DNA from: a virus
Reading direction: 5' to 3' (one strand)
DNA length: 64,000 nucleotides
Virus record (IMG/VR): IMGVR_UViG_3300027769_000918
Span: 1 to 64,000 of that record
Shown one piece after another: positions 43,980 to 55,908 of this stretch. The position numbers were made by a program, and so were the translations under genes. Each line of letters begins with the position of its first letter. The stretch's first letter is position 1. Under the pieces are notes generated by a model that had not been told where the DNA came from, searched no databases, and saw only the letters and a list, made by a program, of their open reading frames with translations.

Positions 43980-44534
43980 TTAGTTAAATATTTCGTTCAC
44001 GGAACCGAGGAAAGAACCGTTCCATTTAGATTTCTTGATTGTTACTTCCTCTGATCGGCCAAGATCAGAAGACTTCTTAATTGCAGTCTCGGACTCTACT
44101 GCATCGACACGCTTTTGTACACCATCAATCGTGTTCTTGATATCATTTACAGCGCTTGAAAGCACTGTGTGTTGTTCTGCCAACTCTGAAATTCTAGCAT
44201 CTACGCTCTTGCTGAAAGCCTCAACAGTCTCTTGGATTGTTGTTACTTGTGCTGCATTAACTTCTGATGCCTTGTTTAGAGTTTCTGAAAAAAAGCCTTT
44301 TAGATCGCCTAACATCTTTGCAAAATCAGGTTCATCAACCTTATCTTCTGATACGTCGGCTGCTTTTTCCAGAGTCTCGGCAGTTGTGTCTTCTGCAACT
44401 GCATCTTCTGCAGGAGCATCTTCGACTGCAGGTGCTGCATCTGCTGCAACTTCTGCTGTCTCTTCTACGGTTGCTTCTGGTGCTGCTTCAACAGCTGCAT
44501 CTTCAACAACTACGTTTTCTGTATTTTCTGACAC
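43980..44534 (-). CDS. Nested in-frame scaffold protein (184 aa)
   Basis: AGGAGG(44547-44542)-N7-GTG(44534), in frame, at the protease/scaffold junction. Confidence 0.6.
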   Translation of the reverse strand: MSENTENVVVEDAAVEAAPEATVEETAEVAADAAPAVEDAPAEDAVAEDTTAETLEKAADVSEDKVDEPDFAKMLGDLKGFFSETLNKASEVNAAQVTTIQETVEAFSKSVDARISELAEQHTVLSSAVNDIKNTIDGVQKRVDAVESETAIKKSSDLGRSEEVTIKKSKWNGSFLGSVNEIFN

Positions 44535-45320
44535 TTCATTACCTCCTTCTGCGTTTGCCTGTTTTGCTATTTGTGTATCAGGCAACGTAAATCTTGAATG
44601 CTTATATGCATCAAGAATCTTATCAATCTCTTTTGACTTATTAACATCTGAACTTTCAACCCAACCAATTAGTTGTGCTGGCTTTCCAGATACTGGCGAG
44701 TCGTATGTTTTTTCTGTTGAGATAAAAACAGAATTGCTTTCTTCGCAATAAAAAATGTTTTCTGTTACAACTTCAGTTGCAATTCCTTTAAATATTAATT
44801 GACCATTTACCTTTTGAATAGACAACACGTTGCAAAGTTCATTTGCTGGAGAATCAACAATTGATAGTTCAATTAAATCATAATCTTTAATAAATCTTAC
44901 TGTCTTGCCATTTGCTTTATTAACTTCATTGTCTGACTCATTAATCTTTCCGCCAATTGAAAATCCAGAAAGAGTTCCGTCTAAAACTTTTTCCCATGTG
45001 TCTTGTGCGCCCTTTGAGATGTAAGCATCTACATAGACACCGTTGTAAAATTCTTTTGATTTTGGATCATAGTATGTTTCTGGCTTAAATGAAACAACTT
45101 TCCCAACTGCTGTTGAGTTATGCATTTCACGGAGATTTCCTCTAAAACCTTCAAATGCTTTTAAGCTTGCTTCTGCTGTAACAACGTCGCCTGTTTGATC
45201 TACATTGTCTAATGTAGCAAATCCAGACACCGTTCTTTTTTCACGGTTAACCTTAGTAAAGGGAACCGATAGACTGATGTTGTCGCCATGACTGGACCAC
45301 AAAGACTTTTCAATATTCAT
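43980..45320 (-). CDS. Prohead protease fused to acidic/coiled-coil scaffold
   Basis: VSGFATLDNVDQTGD, REMH, GFSIGG, ELSIVDSPAN (HK97-type protease). Confidence 0.9.
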   Translation of the reverse strand: MNIEKSLWSSHGDNISLSVPFTKVNREKRTVSGFATLDNVDQTGDVVTAEASLKAFEGFRGNLREMHNSTAVGKVVSFKPETYYDPKSKEFYNGVYVDAYISKGAQDTWEKVLDGTLSGFSIGGKINESDNEVNKANGKTVRFIKDYDLIELSIVDSPANELCNVLSIQKVNGQLIFKGIATEVVTENIFYCEESNSVFISTEKTYDSPVSGKPAQLIGWVESSDVNKSKEIDKILDAYKHSRFTLPDTQIAKQANAEGGNEVSENTENVVVEDAAVEAAPEATVEETAEVAADAAPAVEDAPAEDAVAEDTTAETLEKAADVSEDKVDEPDFAKMLGDLKGFFSETLNKASEVNAAQVTTIQETVEAFSKSVDARISELAEQHTVLSSAVNDIKNTIDGVQKRVDAVESETAIKKSSDLGRSEEVTIKKSKWNGSFLGSVNEIFN

Positions 45321-45327
45321 ATGCTTA

Positions 45328-45356
45328 ATTTTAGCGACTTATATATAAAAAGGCAA
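45328..45356 (-). promoter_or_regulatory. Promoter TTGCCT-N17-TAAAAT, leaderless start of the protease gene
   Basis: ATG at 45320 lies 7 nt after the -10; no SD. Confidence 0.65.
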
Positions 45357-45373
45357 ATAGTGGTTGAGCAGGT

Positions 45374-46945
45374 TTACTCAACTTGTCTTCCATCGCCCTT
45401 TGCATTTCTGCCTTCTCCTGAAACGTCTGGGGAAGTTGCTTGACGATCTTGTGACCTTTGTCTGGTATTTCCAGCTTGGGCTCTGATTTCTGCTGCTTGG
45501 GCTTGAAGGTCTACAACCTTATCTCCCCCATCAATTGGAATCATACCCTTTCTAATTCTAACTTCATTAGGTGTTATTACCTGCATTCTTAAATAACGCT
45601 CATCAATTTTAGACTGAGTATCTTCGTCTGTTAATGTTAATTCGTTAAATTTTAATACTAGCGCATCTGTCTTTTCGTCAAAAATATTGTTAATTTTCTT
45701 CTCTAAAATCATTTGGGCTGGTCGGCAAACCTGTTCTTTAAATGTCTTATCTGCATCACGAGCAACTGCCAAGTTTACTCCTTCTGGGGTGCCAATTTTA
45801 TTAATTGGTACACGGTGAGCTAGTAAGATTTCGTCTCTATTTGATTTACGATACTTTTCAAACGACCCTTCTTGATTGCCCGCCTCAATCGGTTCCATTT
45901 TAAATTCAACCTTTGAGTCTGGAGTATCTGAAGGAAGTGGGACGTAAAGAGATCTATGGTTTTTCCCTTTTAACCCAACCTGAAAAAACTCTAGCAATTT
46001 TCTTTCTGATTCTGGAGAAAGCTTGGCCCCTTTTACTGTAATAATATATCTTGGAACCGCCTTGTTTTCAAAATAGTCAAGGTTATATTTTCCAGAAAAT
46101 TCGTTTCCAACTAGGGCAACCTGTGCTGCAACAATGTCTGGTATTCCATAATAGTTGTTCATGGGGGTATACTTTTTTAAATGAATAATTTCATTTGGTC
46201 TATCTTCTTGTCCTGCAATAGGATTTTCTGTTTCTGAGTCTCCAAAGTTATTGAAGAACACGGCCTTACCATATAGCAATTGAACAAAGCCATCTCTAAG
46301 CCTGCGTACACGCATTGTCTTTGCTGGTATATGTCCTATGTATCCAATGTTTCCGCCAGTGGTTCTACCAACTTCAATATAACCGTTACCTGTTGCTTCT
46401 AAATCTGTGTACACCTTTATTAATGTTTGAGTAAAAGTATCTTCTTCGTTTGTAGTATCTAACCAGGCATGTAAATCTTGACGCAATTTGTTTAGCTTTT
46501 TGCGGGCTCGCTCTAATTGCTTTTCATCTGTTATAGAATCAAACGCATCATTTGTCTTTTTTGTTTCAACAAAATCGTAGCCCAGCCCTACAATATTTGC
46601 AACCTTTGCATTGATTGCTGCATAGTTATATGTTGAAACTTCATAAATTTTAGAAAGATATTCTTGATTGTATGGGGGCTCAATAAGATCAAACATGGCA
46701 TATCCACTGATAGCCTGTGCAAGAAGATTTTGTTGTGTTCCAACACCTTCAATACCTGTAAATGCTTTTGAAAACTCTCTATTAATTTTTCTTTTAAATG
46801 CTGGTCCAAGACCTCTTACTTTTCTTAGGTCGTCTCCGCTTATAGCAAATGGGTCATTTGTTGGCTGTTCTTTTTTGAAAGAAAACCAATCTGCTGTATT
46901 TGATATATCAATGGTGTTACCGTCTTCTTCTTGAAACTCAATCAT
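45374..46945 (-). CDS. Portal protein
   Basis: DLEATGNGYIEV, EIIHLK...YYGIP, YFENKAVP, ILLAHRVP, ITPNEVR. Confidence 0.93.
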   Translation of the reverse strand: MIEFQEEDGNTIDISNTADWFSFKKEQPTNDPFAISGDDLRKVRGLGPAFKRKINREFSKAFTGIEGVGTQQNLLAQAISGYAMFDLIEPPYNQEYLSKIYEVSTYNYAAINAKVANIVGLGYDFVETKKTNDAFDSITDEKQLERARKKLNKLRQDLHAWLDTTNEEDTFTQTLIKVYTDLEATGNGYIEVGRTTGGNIGYIGHIPAKTMRVRRLRDGFVQLLYGKAVFFNNFGDSETENPIAGQEDRPNEIIHLKKYTPMNNYYGIPDIVAAQVALVGNEFSGKYNLDYFENKAVPRYIITVKGAKLSPESERKLLEFFQVGLKGKNHRSLYVPLPSDTPDSKVEFKMEPIEAGNQEGSFEKYRKSNRDEILLAHRVPINKIGTPEGVNLAVARDADKTFKEQVCRPAQMILEKKINNIFDEKTDALVLKFNELTLTDEDTQSKIDERYLRMQVITPNEVRIRKGMIPIDGGDKVVDLQAQAAEIRAQAGNTRQRSQDRQATSPDVSGEGRNAKGDGRQVE

Positions 46946-47283
46946 TTCATGCCACCCATCTTTTTCATTTCATCTTTATAGTTTCCAATATCCATAGGGT
47001 CTGGAATTAGTCCCCAGTTAAGTCTTTGTTTTTGATATTCAAACTCTTCGTCGTCAATTTTTCTTCTTGCAGAAAGAAATTTAGGCCCGCCTTCATATAT
47101 ACCGAATGTGCGAACTTCTCTAGCCAAAGCATCGATTCTGGATCTATTGCCTTTTTTTGACGTGACTGAAAGAAAATTCCCATCGTCGTCTCCAATCCAT
47201 CTGCCGTCAGGCATTTCCCAGACGTATATGCCTAATGTGCTTTCTTCGTCAAGGACTTTATATTTAGTGTTATTAATATCCAT
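46942..47283 (-). CDS. Hypothetical protein upstream of the portal
   Basis: GIYVWEMPDG..IGDDDGNFL; ATG 8 nt after TGGTAAAAT. Confidence 0.7.
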   Translation of the reverse strand: MDINNTKYKVLDEESTLGIYVWEMPDGRWIGDDDGNFLSVTSKKGNRSRIDALAREVRTFGIYEGGPKFLSARRKIDDEEFEYQKQRLNWGLIPDPMDIGNYKDEMKKMGGMK

Positions 47284-47319
47284 AGGTCTTTATTTTACCA
47301 TTATTGTCTACTCAAGTCC

Positions 47320-47351
47320 AGCTTTTTGTCAAGCAGTGTGACAAAAAAGCT
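47320..47351. repeat. Inverted repeat (terminator or operator) at the fibre/head module boundary
   Basis: AGCTTTTTGTCA-N7-TGACAAAAAAGCT. Confidence 0.6.
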
Positions 47352-49167
47352 AAATATTGGCAGACTGATATTCAGTATTGTTAATTAAATAGGCAGTTGA
47401 GTCATTCCCTAAGACAGATTCCGATATAGAAAAAGAGGTATCTGAAACAGAAAGTACATACTGCCTAGTATAGAGCTGATAATGAACTGTAGCCTGCGAT
47501 GAATTTAAAGCCTCTGGGTATATTGCTATATTGCTATATACATTTGCTCCGCCTGATTTTGACCCGTCTTGGTTATAGTTAAACCTGGTATTGCTTGTTG
47601 CCTGTGAATTAAGCACAAGAATAATATGGTGGGGCATTCCATTTGTTAAAAATGAGGATATATTTGTAGAAGAGGTGTGATCTACTCCATTAACATATAT
47701 TGCAGATATCCCAGACTTTGTAATGGATCCCAAAGAATTCCATTCAAATATTTTTGTATTACTTGAATAAAGAACATTCTGTCCAGATACTGGGGTAAAT
47801 ATCATTTCTACAGTTCTGTAAGGGTTTGCTGAATCTAAGTTAATTCCTCCGCCATCAAGCATTCTTAAACCATTGTAGTCGTTATAGGAAATAATTGGGT
47901 GGTTATACCTTGATAGAGAATAGTCTTTATCTGAATATATTTTGTCGCTTGAGTTATCTGCATAGAAATCAAGGTTTGAAAAAAAGTCTAGTGACAGGGA
48001 TCTAAAAATAGGCAAATCTGTAGATGTGTTAGATGAAGACATTGTGACTTTTAAATAAAGCAGTCCGCTGGTTATGCCGTCATTTTTATTAAAATATGGA
48101 ACTGGGCTATTATTCTTACATGCTTGCCATGTTATGTTATCTCTACTTACTTGAACAACAATGTTTTCAACATCATCATCCCATGATATTTGTGAACTGG
48201 TAACGTCTAGAGATGAAGGTATAATTATTGTTTCAGTAAATGTAAAAGTTTTTGTTGCTGCCTCAGATGTCTCTAGGAAAGTTATGTAATCTCCACTTGT
48301 TGAAACTACAACATTTTCATCTGCAATCTGATCCCATGTTTTTGTGCCTGGGTAGTAGTACCTTGCAACGGGACGAATTTTTGAATGATTTAAACTAAAC
48401 AAATATCCGCCGTCTGGGTAAACTATCTGCGAGTAATCTAGTTCTTTTATTCCTTGCTGGTAATGCAATGCTATTTTTGAATTAGACAAATTGTATCTAT
48501 AAAAAGCAACAGAATCTATAACAAAATAATTATTTGTTGGGGCAGGGCCAGTAATAAATGCAGTGCTTGTGTTTGTAAATAATACATTGTTTAATTGTCT
48601 TGATGCAACCATTAAACCATTAAAATAAAGAGACAGAGAATTTTTATTATAGGATGCTACTATATGCATTGCTTTATTATTTGAAGCTTTATATCTTAAT
48701 ATATTAGAATAAACCTTAAATACAACATCTCCATTTTGATAGTATATGCCAATTTCGGAATCTGTGTCTGCAACTATTGGTACAGCAGAACTACTTGCAT
48801 TTGGTAGTTTTACCCATGCTTCTATTGAAAATGGGTTGTCTGAATAGTATTTATTTGCAAGTCCTGGCGTATCGTAGAAAATAGTTGTTTCATTAGAAAT
48901 TAATGTTCCGTATATTCCGCCTGCTACAAGTGGCATTATTTTGGATCCAGATATTCCAGAAACAGCTCCATTATTATTGTTACCTGAATAATCTAATACC
49001 GCTTGTCCAGATATGGATTCATATGAAGTAAATGCATCTCTTACTGCTTGATATGTAGGGTATGAAGAAATTAACTGGTTATAATAATCTATTGTGCCAG
49101 ACTTTACTTCATCCAAAGTATAATATGAAAGGGGGAAGTCTGCCAGTACTGTTCTGTAGTAAGACAT
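47350..49167 (-). CDS. LamG/concanavalin-like domain virion protein
   Basis: DYSGNNNNG, FSIEAWVK, MHIVASY...LYFNG, IDSVAFYRYNLS. Confidence 0.8.
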   Translation of the reverse strand: MSYYRTVLADFPLSYYTLDEVKSGTIDYYNQLISSYPTYQAVRDAFTSYESISGQAVLDYSGNNNNGAVSGISGSKIMPLVAGGIYGTLISNETTIFYDTPGLANKYYSDNPFSIEAWVKLPNASSSAVPIVADTDSEIGIYYQNGDVVFKVYSNILRYKASNNKAMHIVASYNKNSLSLYFNGLMVASRQLNNVLFTNTSTAFITGPAPTNNYFVIDSVAFYRYNLSNSKIALHYQQGIKELDYSQIVYPDGGYLFSLNHSKIRPVARYYYPGTKTWDQIADENVVVSTSGDYITFLETSEAATKTFTFTETIIIPSSLDVTSSQISWDDDVENIVVQVSRDNITWQACKNNSPVPYFNKNDGITSGLLYLKVTMSSSNTSTDLPIFRSLSLDFFSNLDFYADNSSDKIYSDKDYSLSRYNHPIISYNDYNGLRMLDGGGINLDSANPYRTVEMIFTPVSGQNVLYSSNTKIFEWNSLGSITKSGISAIYVNGVDHTSSTNISSFLTNGMPHHIILVLNSQATSNTRFNYNQDGSKSGGANVYSNIAIYPEALNSSQATVHYQLYTRQYVLSVSDTSFSISESVLGNDSTAYLINNTEYQSANI

Positions 49168-49189
49168 TATTTAACCCCCAATCATATTA

Positions 49190-49387
49190 TTAAAGTGCTG
49201 CTATTTGTGTTTGCTTTTCAGCAATTGCTGCATTAAGTGCTGCTACTGTTTCTGAAACAGGCTCTGCTTTTGCATTTTCTGCAATAAGCTGTACCTCTAA
49301 TGAATACATTGCGTACTCTAGGTTTCTAATTTCAGATTGCTTGATTGCAGCTTTTTCATCATCTGTTAGTATTGTATATGTTGCCAT
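49190..49387 (-). CDS. Small coiled-coil protein
   Basis: 65 aa; AGGAGG RBS. Confidence 0.7.
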   Translation of the reverse strand: MATYTILTDDEKAAIKQSEIRNLEYAMYSLEVQLIAENAKAEPVSETVAALNAAIAEKQTQIAAL

Positions 49388-49400
49388 TTTATCCTCCTTG

Positions 49401-49613
49401 TTAATTTAATGAAGCTTTTAAATTGAGTAGTGCCTCAATTTGCAACATTAATTCTGATTTTTGTATACCATAATATTCTATAGCCGAGATTGTTACTTGG
49501 CCCTCGTCTTCCCCTACGGGGAGAGAAATAACAGCATTTATCTTATCTATTCTACCATTTATAAAATTAATTTGATCTTGTATTATTCTAGCCTTATCGT
49601 TGACAGTAATCAT
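49401..49613 (-). CDS. Small helical protein
   Basis: Start re-called at MITVNDK (49613, TAATG overlap). Confidence 0.65.
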   Translation of the reverse strand: MITVNDKARIIQDQINFINGRIDKINAVISLPVGEDEGQVTISAIEYYGIQKSELMLQIEALLNLKASLN

Positions 49614-51205
49614 TATACCCAACCACTCCAAGGTCCATAGTAAGTCAACCCGTCTTTTCCAGTAACGTATCCTCTAACTCTTAGGTATCTTGCAGATGTT
49701 GTAAAGGTTAAATCCCCGTCTATGGTTCCAACTCTATAGTTCCAAGCGGTGTTAAATCCGAGGGAGCTGTCATAAACATTTCTAGTTGACGTTGTATATG
49801 TTTTTGTTCCAGAAGCTGTTGTTGATCCTCCTGAAGTTGAGTTTACTGTTCTGATGATCCATTCATAGTTAACATTCCCATTATAGTCTCCAGATGCCGA
49901 TACGTTATCCCATCCCCAGTTTATTTGAGAGCTAGCGTTTCTTCTATCAAAAATAATATATCCTATTGAATTAACAGTTGGTGTTATATATGGAACTGGG
50001 CCAACTTCATTTGATGAAACTCTACTTGAAGTTCCTCCGCCATTTGTTGCGTCTGCAAAAGCTTTGTAATAAAATCCTGCATCACTTGATGGAATTGTGT
50101 ATGAAAGATTTGCCCCTGTTGTGTTACTTGCAACTGTTGTTTCACTAAATATAACGTTTGCCGTTCCACGAATAATTCTAAAATCATAAGATGTTGGAGA
50201 ATTTGTAAAACCAGAAACCTGTGCGGTAATTGTAGACCCTTGCGTAACTGAACTTGCTGTCCAGCTTACAGAACCAGCAACTGGGGCTGGTTGAACTAGC
50301 GTTCCAGCTCCACCAGTATATCCAGAATATTTTGTTGTACAAGATATTCCAGTGCCAGATGCTCCGTAGCCCTGTGATCCACCTGATGTTTTTGGATAAA
50401 CAGTAATAGTGTTTGTATTTGTATTTCCTGGGTTATAAGAATAAGAGGTGCTTGTTGTGTTTGTAGTGTAGCTTCCATTTATGTATATATCATAAGATGA
50501 AGCTCCAGAAGCTGCTGACCATGATGCGGAGTGTATGTAGTTTGTGTTTATTGATCTAATAAAAACAGCAACACTGCCCGCAGTTCCACTTCCAGATGTG
50601 AATGTTTGAGAGCCTGGGTTTATTGTTACAGATCCGTTTGTTGTATATCCATCATAAGATGTTGCACTAGATCCTGCAGTCCAACTACCAGAATATGTTA
50701 AATTTGATACGTTAACAGTAACTGAACCTGGTGCTGTAGGGGTAACTGTTGCATCGGAACTTGAAACAGAAGAAAGCACTGGAAGTATTAATGTTCCTGT
50801 AGTTAAATTTAGCGGTGTTGTTCCTCTATTATTTGAAGCAAAAACCTTTACTCCTATAATCTTATCAATATCAGATACTGTTGTTTGATATAGATTACCT
50901 GTTGCGCCTGGTATATCAACTCCGCTTCTTGTCCATTGATAAGAATATGATGTTGGAATATAAGCGTCATCTGAATTCCATGTTCCAGTTGACACTTGAT
51001 AGATACATCCTAGTCTTCCACTTAAACCAGAATTAACTGTTATAGAGGGGCCTATTGAATTTTGTGGGAACTCTGGATAATATAAAATCCAGGAGGATCC
51101 GTTATATATCCATCCTTGTCTTGCTGAAGACCATGCTGATCCATTATAAATTTTTAATGATCTTTGATTATACCAGGCGTCATTGGCATATGCTCTTATA
51201 CTCAT
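49613..51205 (-). CDS. Fibre/receptor-binding protein with Ig/FN3-like domains
   Basis: Ser/Thr/Gly-rich; SYSYQWTRSG.DIPGATG..Y....DI; WSAASGASSYDIY; YGPWSGW terminus. Confidence 0.75.
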   Translation of the reverse strand: MSIRAYANDAWYNQRSLKIYNGSAWSSARQGWIYNGSSWILYYPEFPQNSIGPSITVNSGLSGRLGCIYQVSTGTWNSDDAYIPTSYSYQWTRSGVDIPGATGNLYQTTVSDIDKIIGVKVFASNNRGTTPLNLTTGTLILPVLSSVSSSDATVTPTAPGSVTVNVSNLTYSGSWTAGSSATSYDGYTTNGSVTINPGSQTFTSGSGTAGSVAVFIRSINTNYIHSASWSAASGASSYDIYINGSYTTNTTSTSYSYNPGNTNTNTITVYPKTSGGSQGYGASGTGISCTTKYSGYTGGAGTLVQPAPVAGSVSWTASSVTQGSTITAQVSGFTNSPTSYDFRIIRGTANVIFSETTVASNTTGANLSYTIPSSDAGFYYKAFADATNGGGTSSRVSSNEVGPVPYITPTVNSIGYIIFDRRNASSQINWGWDNVSASGDYNGNVNYEWIIRTVNSTSGGSTTASGTKTYTTSTRNVYDSSLGFNTAWNYRVGTIDGDLTFTTSARYLRVRGYVTGKDGLTYYGPWSGWV

Positions 51206-51213
51206 TTGCGCTC

Positions 51214-52437
<1,224 letters not shown>

Positions 52438-52439
52438 TT

Positions 52440-53507
52440 TTAAATTATACCACTTTCACGGTTCTGAGCGGCATGATAAAAGCCTAAGTTATCATGCAAT
52501 CTTTGATCGTCACATAAAGAAATAGCTATTTCACCTTGCTTTGAAGCCTCTTCATAATTGCCTAAATTATAGTTAGCTAGGGCAAGTAAATCATGTGGCT
52601 TCCAGCCCCAGGCCTCTGATTCACAAAAATATCCTAAAAACTTTTCTTTTATATCTAAGGCTAGCGATGCATATTCTTTTACCTTGTGCCAGTCCGATAT
52701 CTCGTAAAAATGTTGAGCTAGATCTACAAAAGGCTCTCTTCTTTCTGGGCATTCTGCAATAGCAAGTCTTAACCAATACTCTTTGTTTTCTGGCTCACAC
52801 TTTGCAATATATCTCATAGACTCGCATCTTTCTGGTTTCCAGAAAGCTGAGGGTAGCGATAAGTGTCTTTTAAATTCATCTGCAGACTCTTTATATCTGG
52901 CGTAATAAAATAGTTCTCTTGCATAATAATGTGCACATCTGTCGCTTGTTGGATCTTCCTGTGCTGCCATTTGCAATAAAGGAAGATACTGTCCTCTAGA
53001 TTTGTTATTGTCTGGATGATGGTAAATTTTAATATCTACATTTTGTCTTACTTCTTCTATTCCATAAAATGCAACAGATTCATGAATTGGATATTTCCAT
53101 CTATGTCCGTGTCTTGAATGAATTCTTAATGCATCAAATTCAACACCTGGATTCCCATTTGCATCAAATGAAGTAACTAGTCTATGTATTGGTCTTGTTA
53201 CTGTAGAAGGAAGTTTTTCTAATTCTTCCCTCCAACCTTCTGATAAAACCTCATCCATATCTAAAGATATACAGTAGTCTATATCTGATGGAATTAATGC
53301 AAGAGCTGCATTTCTAGCATCATCAAATCGCCAGGGGGCCACAGATATAGAGTGAACTTCTATACCTAAATGTGATGCTATTTCTTTTGTTTTATCGGTT
53401 GATCCTGTATCTGCAATTAATAAATAATCCGCATCTTGTGCAGATTCATACCAACGCTTAACAAATTGCTCTTCATTTAAAGCAACTGTATATACTGCTA
53501 TTTTCAT
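52440..53507 (-). CDS. Glycosyltransferase family 2 with TPR repeats
   Basis: [26 protein letters not shown], DxD (LDMDE), IHE, YYAREL TPRs; start re-called at 53507. Confidence 0.92.
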   Translation of the reverse strand: MKIAVYTVALNEEQFVKRWYESAQDADYLLIADTGSTDKTKEIASHLGIEVHSISVAPWRFDDARNAALALIPSDIDYCISLDMDEVLSEGWREELEKLPSTVTRPIHRLVTSFDANGNPGVEFDALRIHSRHGHRWKYPIHESVAFYGIEEVRQNVDIKIYHHPDNNKSRGQYLPLLQMAAQEDPTSDRCAHYYARELFYYARYKESADEFKRHLSLPSAFWKPERCESMRYIAKCEPENKEYWLRLAIAECPERREPFVDLAQHFYEISDWHKVKEYASLALDIKEKFLGYFCESEAWGWKPHDLLALANYNLGNYEEASKQGEIAISLCDDQRLHDNLGFYHAAQNRESGII

Positions 53508-53524
53508 TAGTCTCCGACTTTTAT

Positions 53525-55894
53525 TTAGCCAATTATGGTGATGACACCTGTCATAGGAGCATGGAACTGACAAATATAGTATAGCGTAGAAGGAGCGGTT
53601 GCGTCAACAGTAAATGTAATTCCACCGACATCATCTCCATTATTTGTAACACCAGTATTATAGGCATCTGTAATACCTGTAGTTTGTGAAGTTTTAATCC
53701 AGAACGGGTGACCTGAAGCGTTTACAGTAAAGAAATAAGTTTGTCCTCTTACTAAAGTTAAAGATTTATTATTTGTTCCGTCAACAGTGTAAGCTCCTGT
53801 GCCTAAATTTGTTACTTGAAAATTTTGAACTATGCTTATTCCTGTAGGACCTGTAGGACCCCCCGAAGGTCCCGTTGCTCCTGTTGGTCCCGTAGGGCCT
53901 TGAAGTCCTGCACCTGTTGCGCCTGTTGCACCTGTTGCGCCTGCTGGTCCTGTTGCTCCTGCTGCGCCTGTTGGTCCTGTTGCGCCTTGTATACTAGATC
54001 CGTTTGCACCAGTAGGTCCTGTTGCTCCTGCTACGCCTGTTGGTCCTGTTGCGCCTACTGACCCTGTTGGACCTGTAGGGCCTTGAATGCTTCCTACATT
54101 TGTCCAGCTTGTTCCAGTCCATACGTATAACTGTCCAACTACCAAATACCCATCACCCAGAGATCCTGATGGACGTGCTGCTATAAGTGCTGCTTCTGTT
54201 GGATATGAGCCTAATATTCTTACAGATGTTCCATCGGCTCCTGTTGGTCCTGTTGCGCCTGTTATGCTTAATCCTGTTGGGCCTGTAGGGCCTGCTACTG
54301 TGCTTGCTGCTCCAGTAGCGCCTGTTGCGCCTGTTGCGCCTGTTGCGCCTTGTGTTAAAACAAAATTTAAAACTAAATCTGTATTAGTTCCTGAATTAGT
54401 TATAGATGGAACTCCTAATGGCCCTGTGCCAGTTACTGTTCCTAGTGTAATAGTTGTTGGGCCTGCTGGTCCTGTTGCACCTGTAGGGCCTTGCTTAAGA
54501 GTAAAATCTAAAATTGCTGCGCCGCTAGTTCCACTATTTCCAACTAATGCATTACCTGTTGGTCCTGTTGATGTTACTGTTCCTATTGAAACTGTTGCTG
54601 GATTTCCTGTTGGGCCTGTAGGACCTAGTGGTCCCTGTTGTAGAACAAAATCAAACACTCCGACACTGCTAGTTCCTGAATTTGTTACAGATGGTGTTCC
54701 AGTTGGTCCTGTTGATGTTATTGTTCCTATTGAAATAGTTGCTGGACCAGTTGCTCCAGTCGGACCTTGAAATTGTCCTGCATCTAACCAGGTTGTTCCA
54801 TCCCAAACATACAAATGTAAATCCGCTAAAACAATCCATGAATCACCCGATGTGTTTCCAGATGCTGGGAGAGCAGAAACTGTAGATTTTGTTCCTTTAA
54901 TATTAATTGATCTACCCGCTGCACCTGTTGCGCCTGTTGAACCTGTTGAGCCCGTAGGTCCTGTTGCACCTGTTGAGCCTGTAGGTCCTTTGTATGTTCC
55001 ACCATTTTGCCATGCGGTTCCATTATAAATATATATTTCTTGTGTTGAAGAAATAATATACGCTGCACCTAGTGCTGCATTTACTGGTAAATCAGATACC
55101 TGTGCTACTACGGTTTCAAGCCTTAATCCTTGTCCTTGTGCACCTGTTGCACCTGTTGCGCCTGTTGCGCCTGCTGAGCCTGTCGCACCTGTTGGTCCTA
55201 CTGCTCCATTTGTGCCAGACGTGCCAGATGTTCCTGGATTTCCAGTTACAGCAAACACCCAATCAGAATAAGTTCCTGTTCCATTTTTTGCATCTACTGC
55301 AACAGTTATACTTACATTTTTTACAACCTGTGTAATAATTCCTTCAACATATGTTGTTAAAGCAAGAGGATTAATAACACGAACACGCTGTCCTGCTGTA
55401 TATGCACCGCTATTATTTACATAAAATACTTTTGATCCTGTGGTGACTGGATTTGTTGTTATTGATGTTACATCTGAATATCCAGCTCCTGATGCTCCAG
55501 TAGTTCCTCCGCCAGTTCCTCCTCCTGAAAGAGTTCCTGAAAGATCTACTCCAGATATTGTTAAAGAATAACAATTTGGTGTTGTTGTAACTGCTGCAAT
55601 TGATTCTCCAGCATTTAAAATTAATGAATGCTCTAGTTTAAGAGTTGTATTATTTTGAACATTGACATTTCCATAAAGGGTATATTGGTCTAAACTTGAT
55701 CTATTTACGTTGTATAGGTTAAGGACCTGGTCTCCATTTTCACCTAGCAAGAATATGCTAAATGGCAGTGTAGAGCCACTAAAATTAGTTACCGTAAACT
55801 CTTTAATAATTATAGTTGATACAGCTGTGTATATTTTAGCTGGTGATGCTGGGATTAATGTTGGCCCTGCAAATCTAATTGGAGCATATGACAT
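53525..55894 (-). CDS. Collagen-like fibre protein with C-terminal cupredoxin-like domain
   Basis: GAT/GPT triplets; C-terminus GHPF...[13 protein letters not shown]. Confidence 0.88.
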   Translation of the reverse strand: MSYAPIRFAGPTLIPASPAKIYTAVSTIIIKEFTVTNFSGSTLPFSIFLLGENGDQVLNLYNVNRSSLDQYTLYGNVNVQNNTTLKLEHSLILNAGESIAAVTTTPNCYSLTISGVDLSGTLSGGGTGGGTTGASGAGYSDVTSITTNPVTTGSKVFYVNNSGAYTAGQRVRVINPLALTTYVEGIITQVVKNVSITVAVDAKNGTGTYSDWVFAVTGNPGTSGTSGTNGAVGPTGATGSAGATGATGATGAQGQGLRLETVVAQVSDLPVNAALGAAYIISSTQEIYIYNGTAWQNGGTYKGPTGSTGATGPTGSTGSTGATGAAGRSINIKGTKSTVSALPASGNTSGDSWIVLADLHLYVWDGTTWLDAGQFQGPTGATGPATISIGTITSTGPTGTPSVTNSGTSSVGVFDFVLQQGPLGPTGPTGNPATVSIGTVTSTGPTGNALVGNSGTSGAAILDFTLKQGPTGATGPAGPTTITLGTVTGTGPLGVPSITNSGTNTDLVLNFVLTQGATGATGATGATGAASTVAGPTGPTGLSITGATGPTGADGTSVRILGSYPTEAALIAARPSGSLGDGYLVVGQLYVWTGTSWTNVGSIQGPTGPTGSVGATGPTGVAGATGPTGANGSSIQGATGPTGAAGATGPAGATGATGATGAGLQGPTGPTGATGPSGGPTGPTGISIVQNFQVTNLGTGAYTVDGTNNKSLTLVRGQTYFFTVNASGHPFWIKTSQTTGITDAYNTGVTNNGDDVGGITFTVDATAPSTLYYICQFHAPMTGVITIIG

Positions 55895-55908
55895 ACTTTA
55901 AATCCCCC

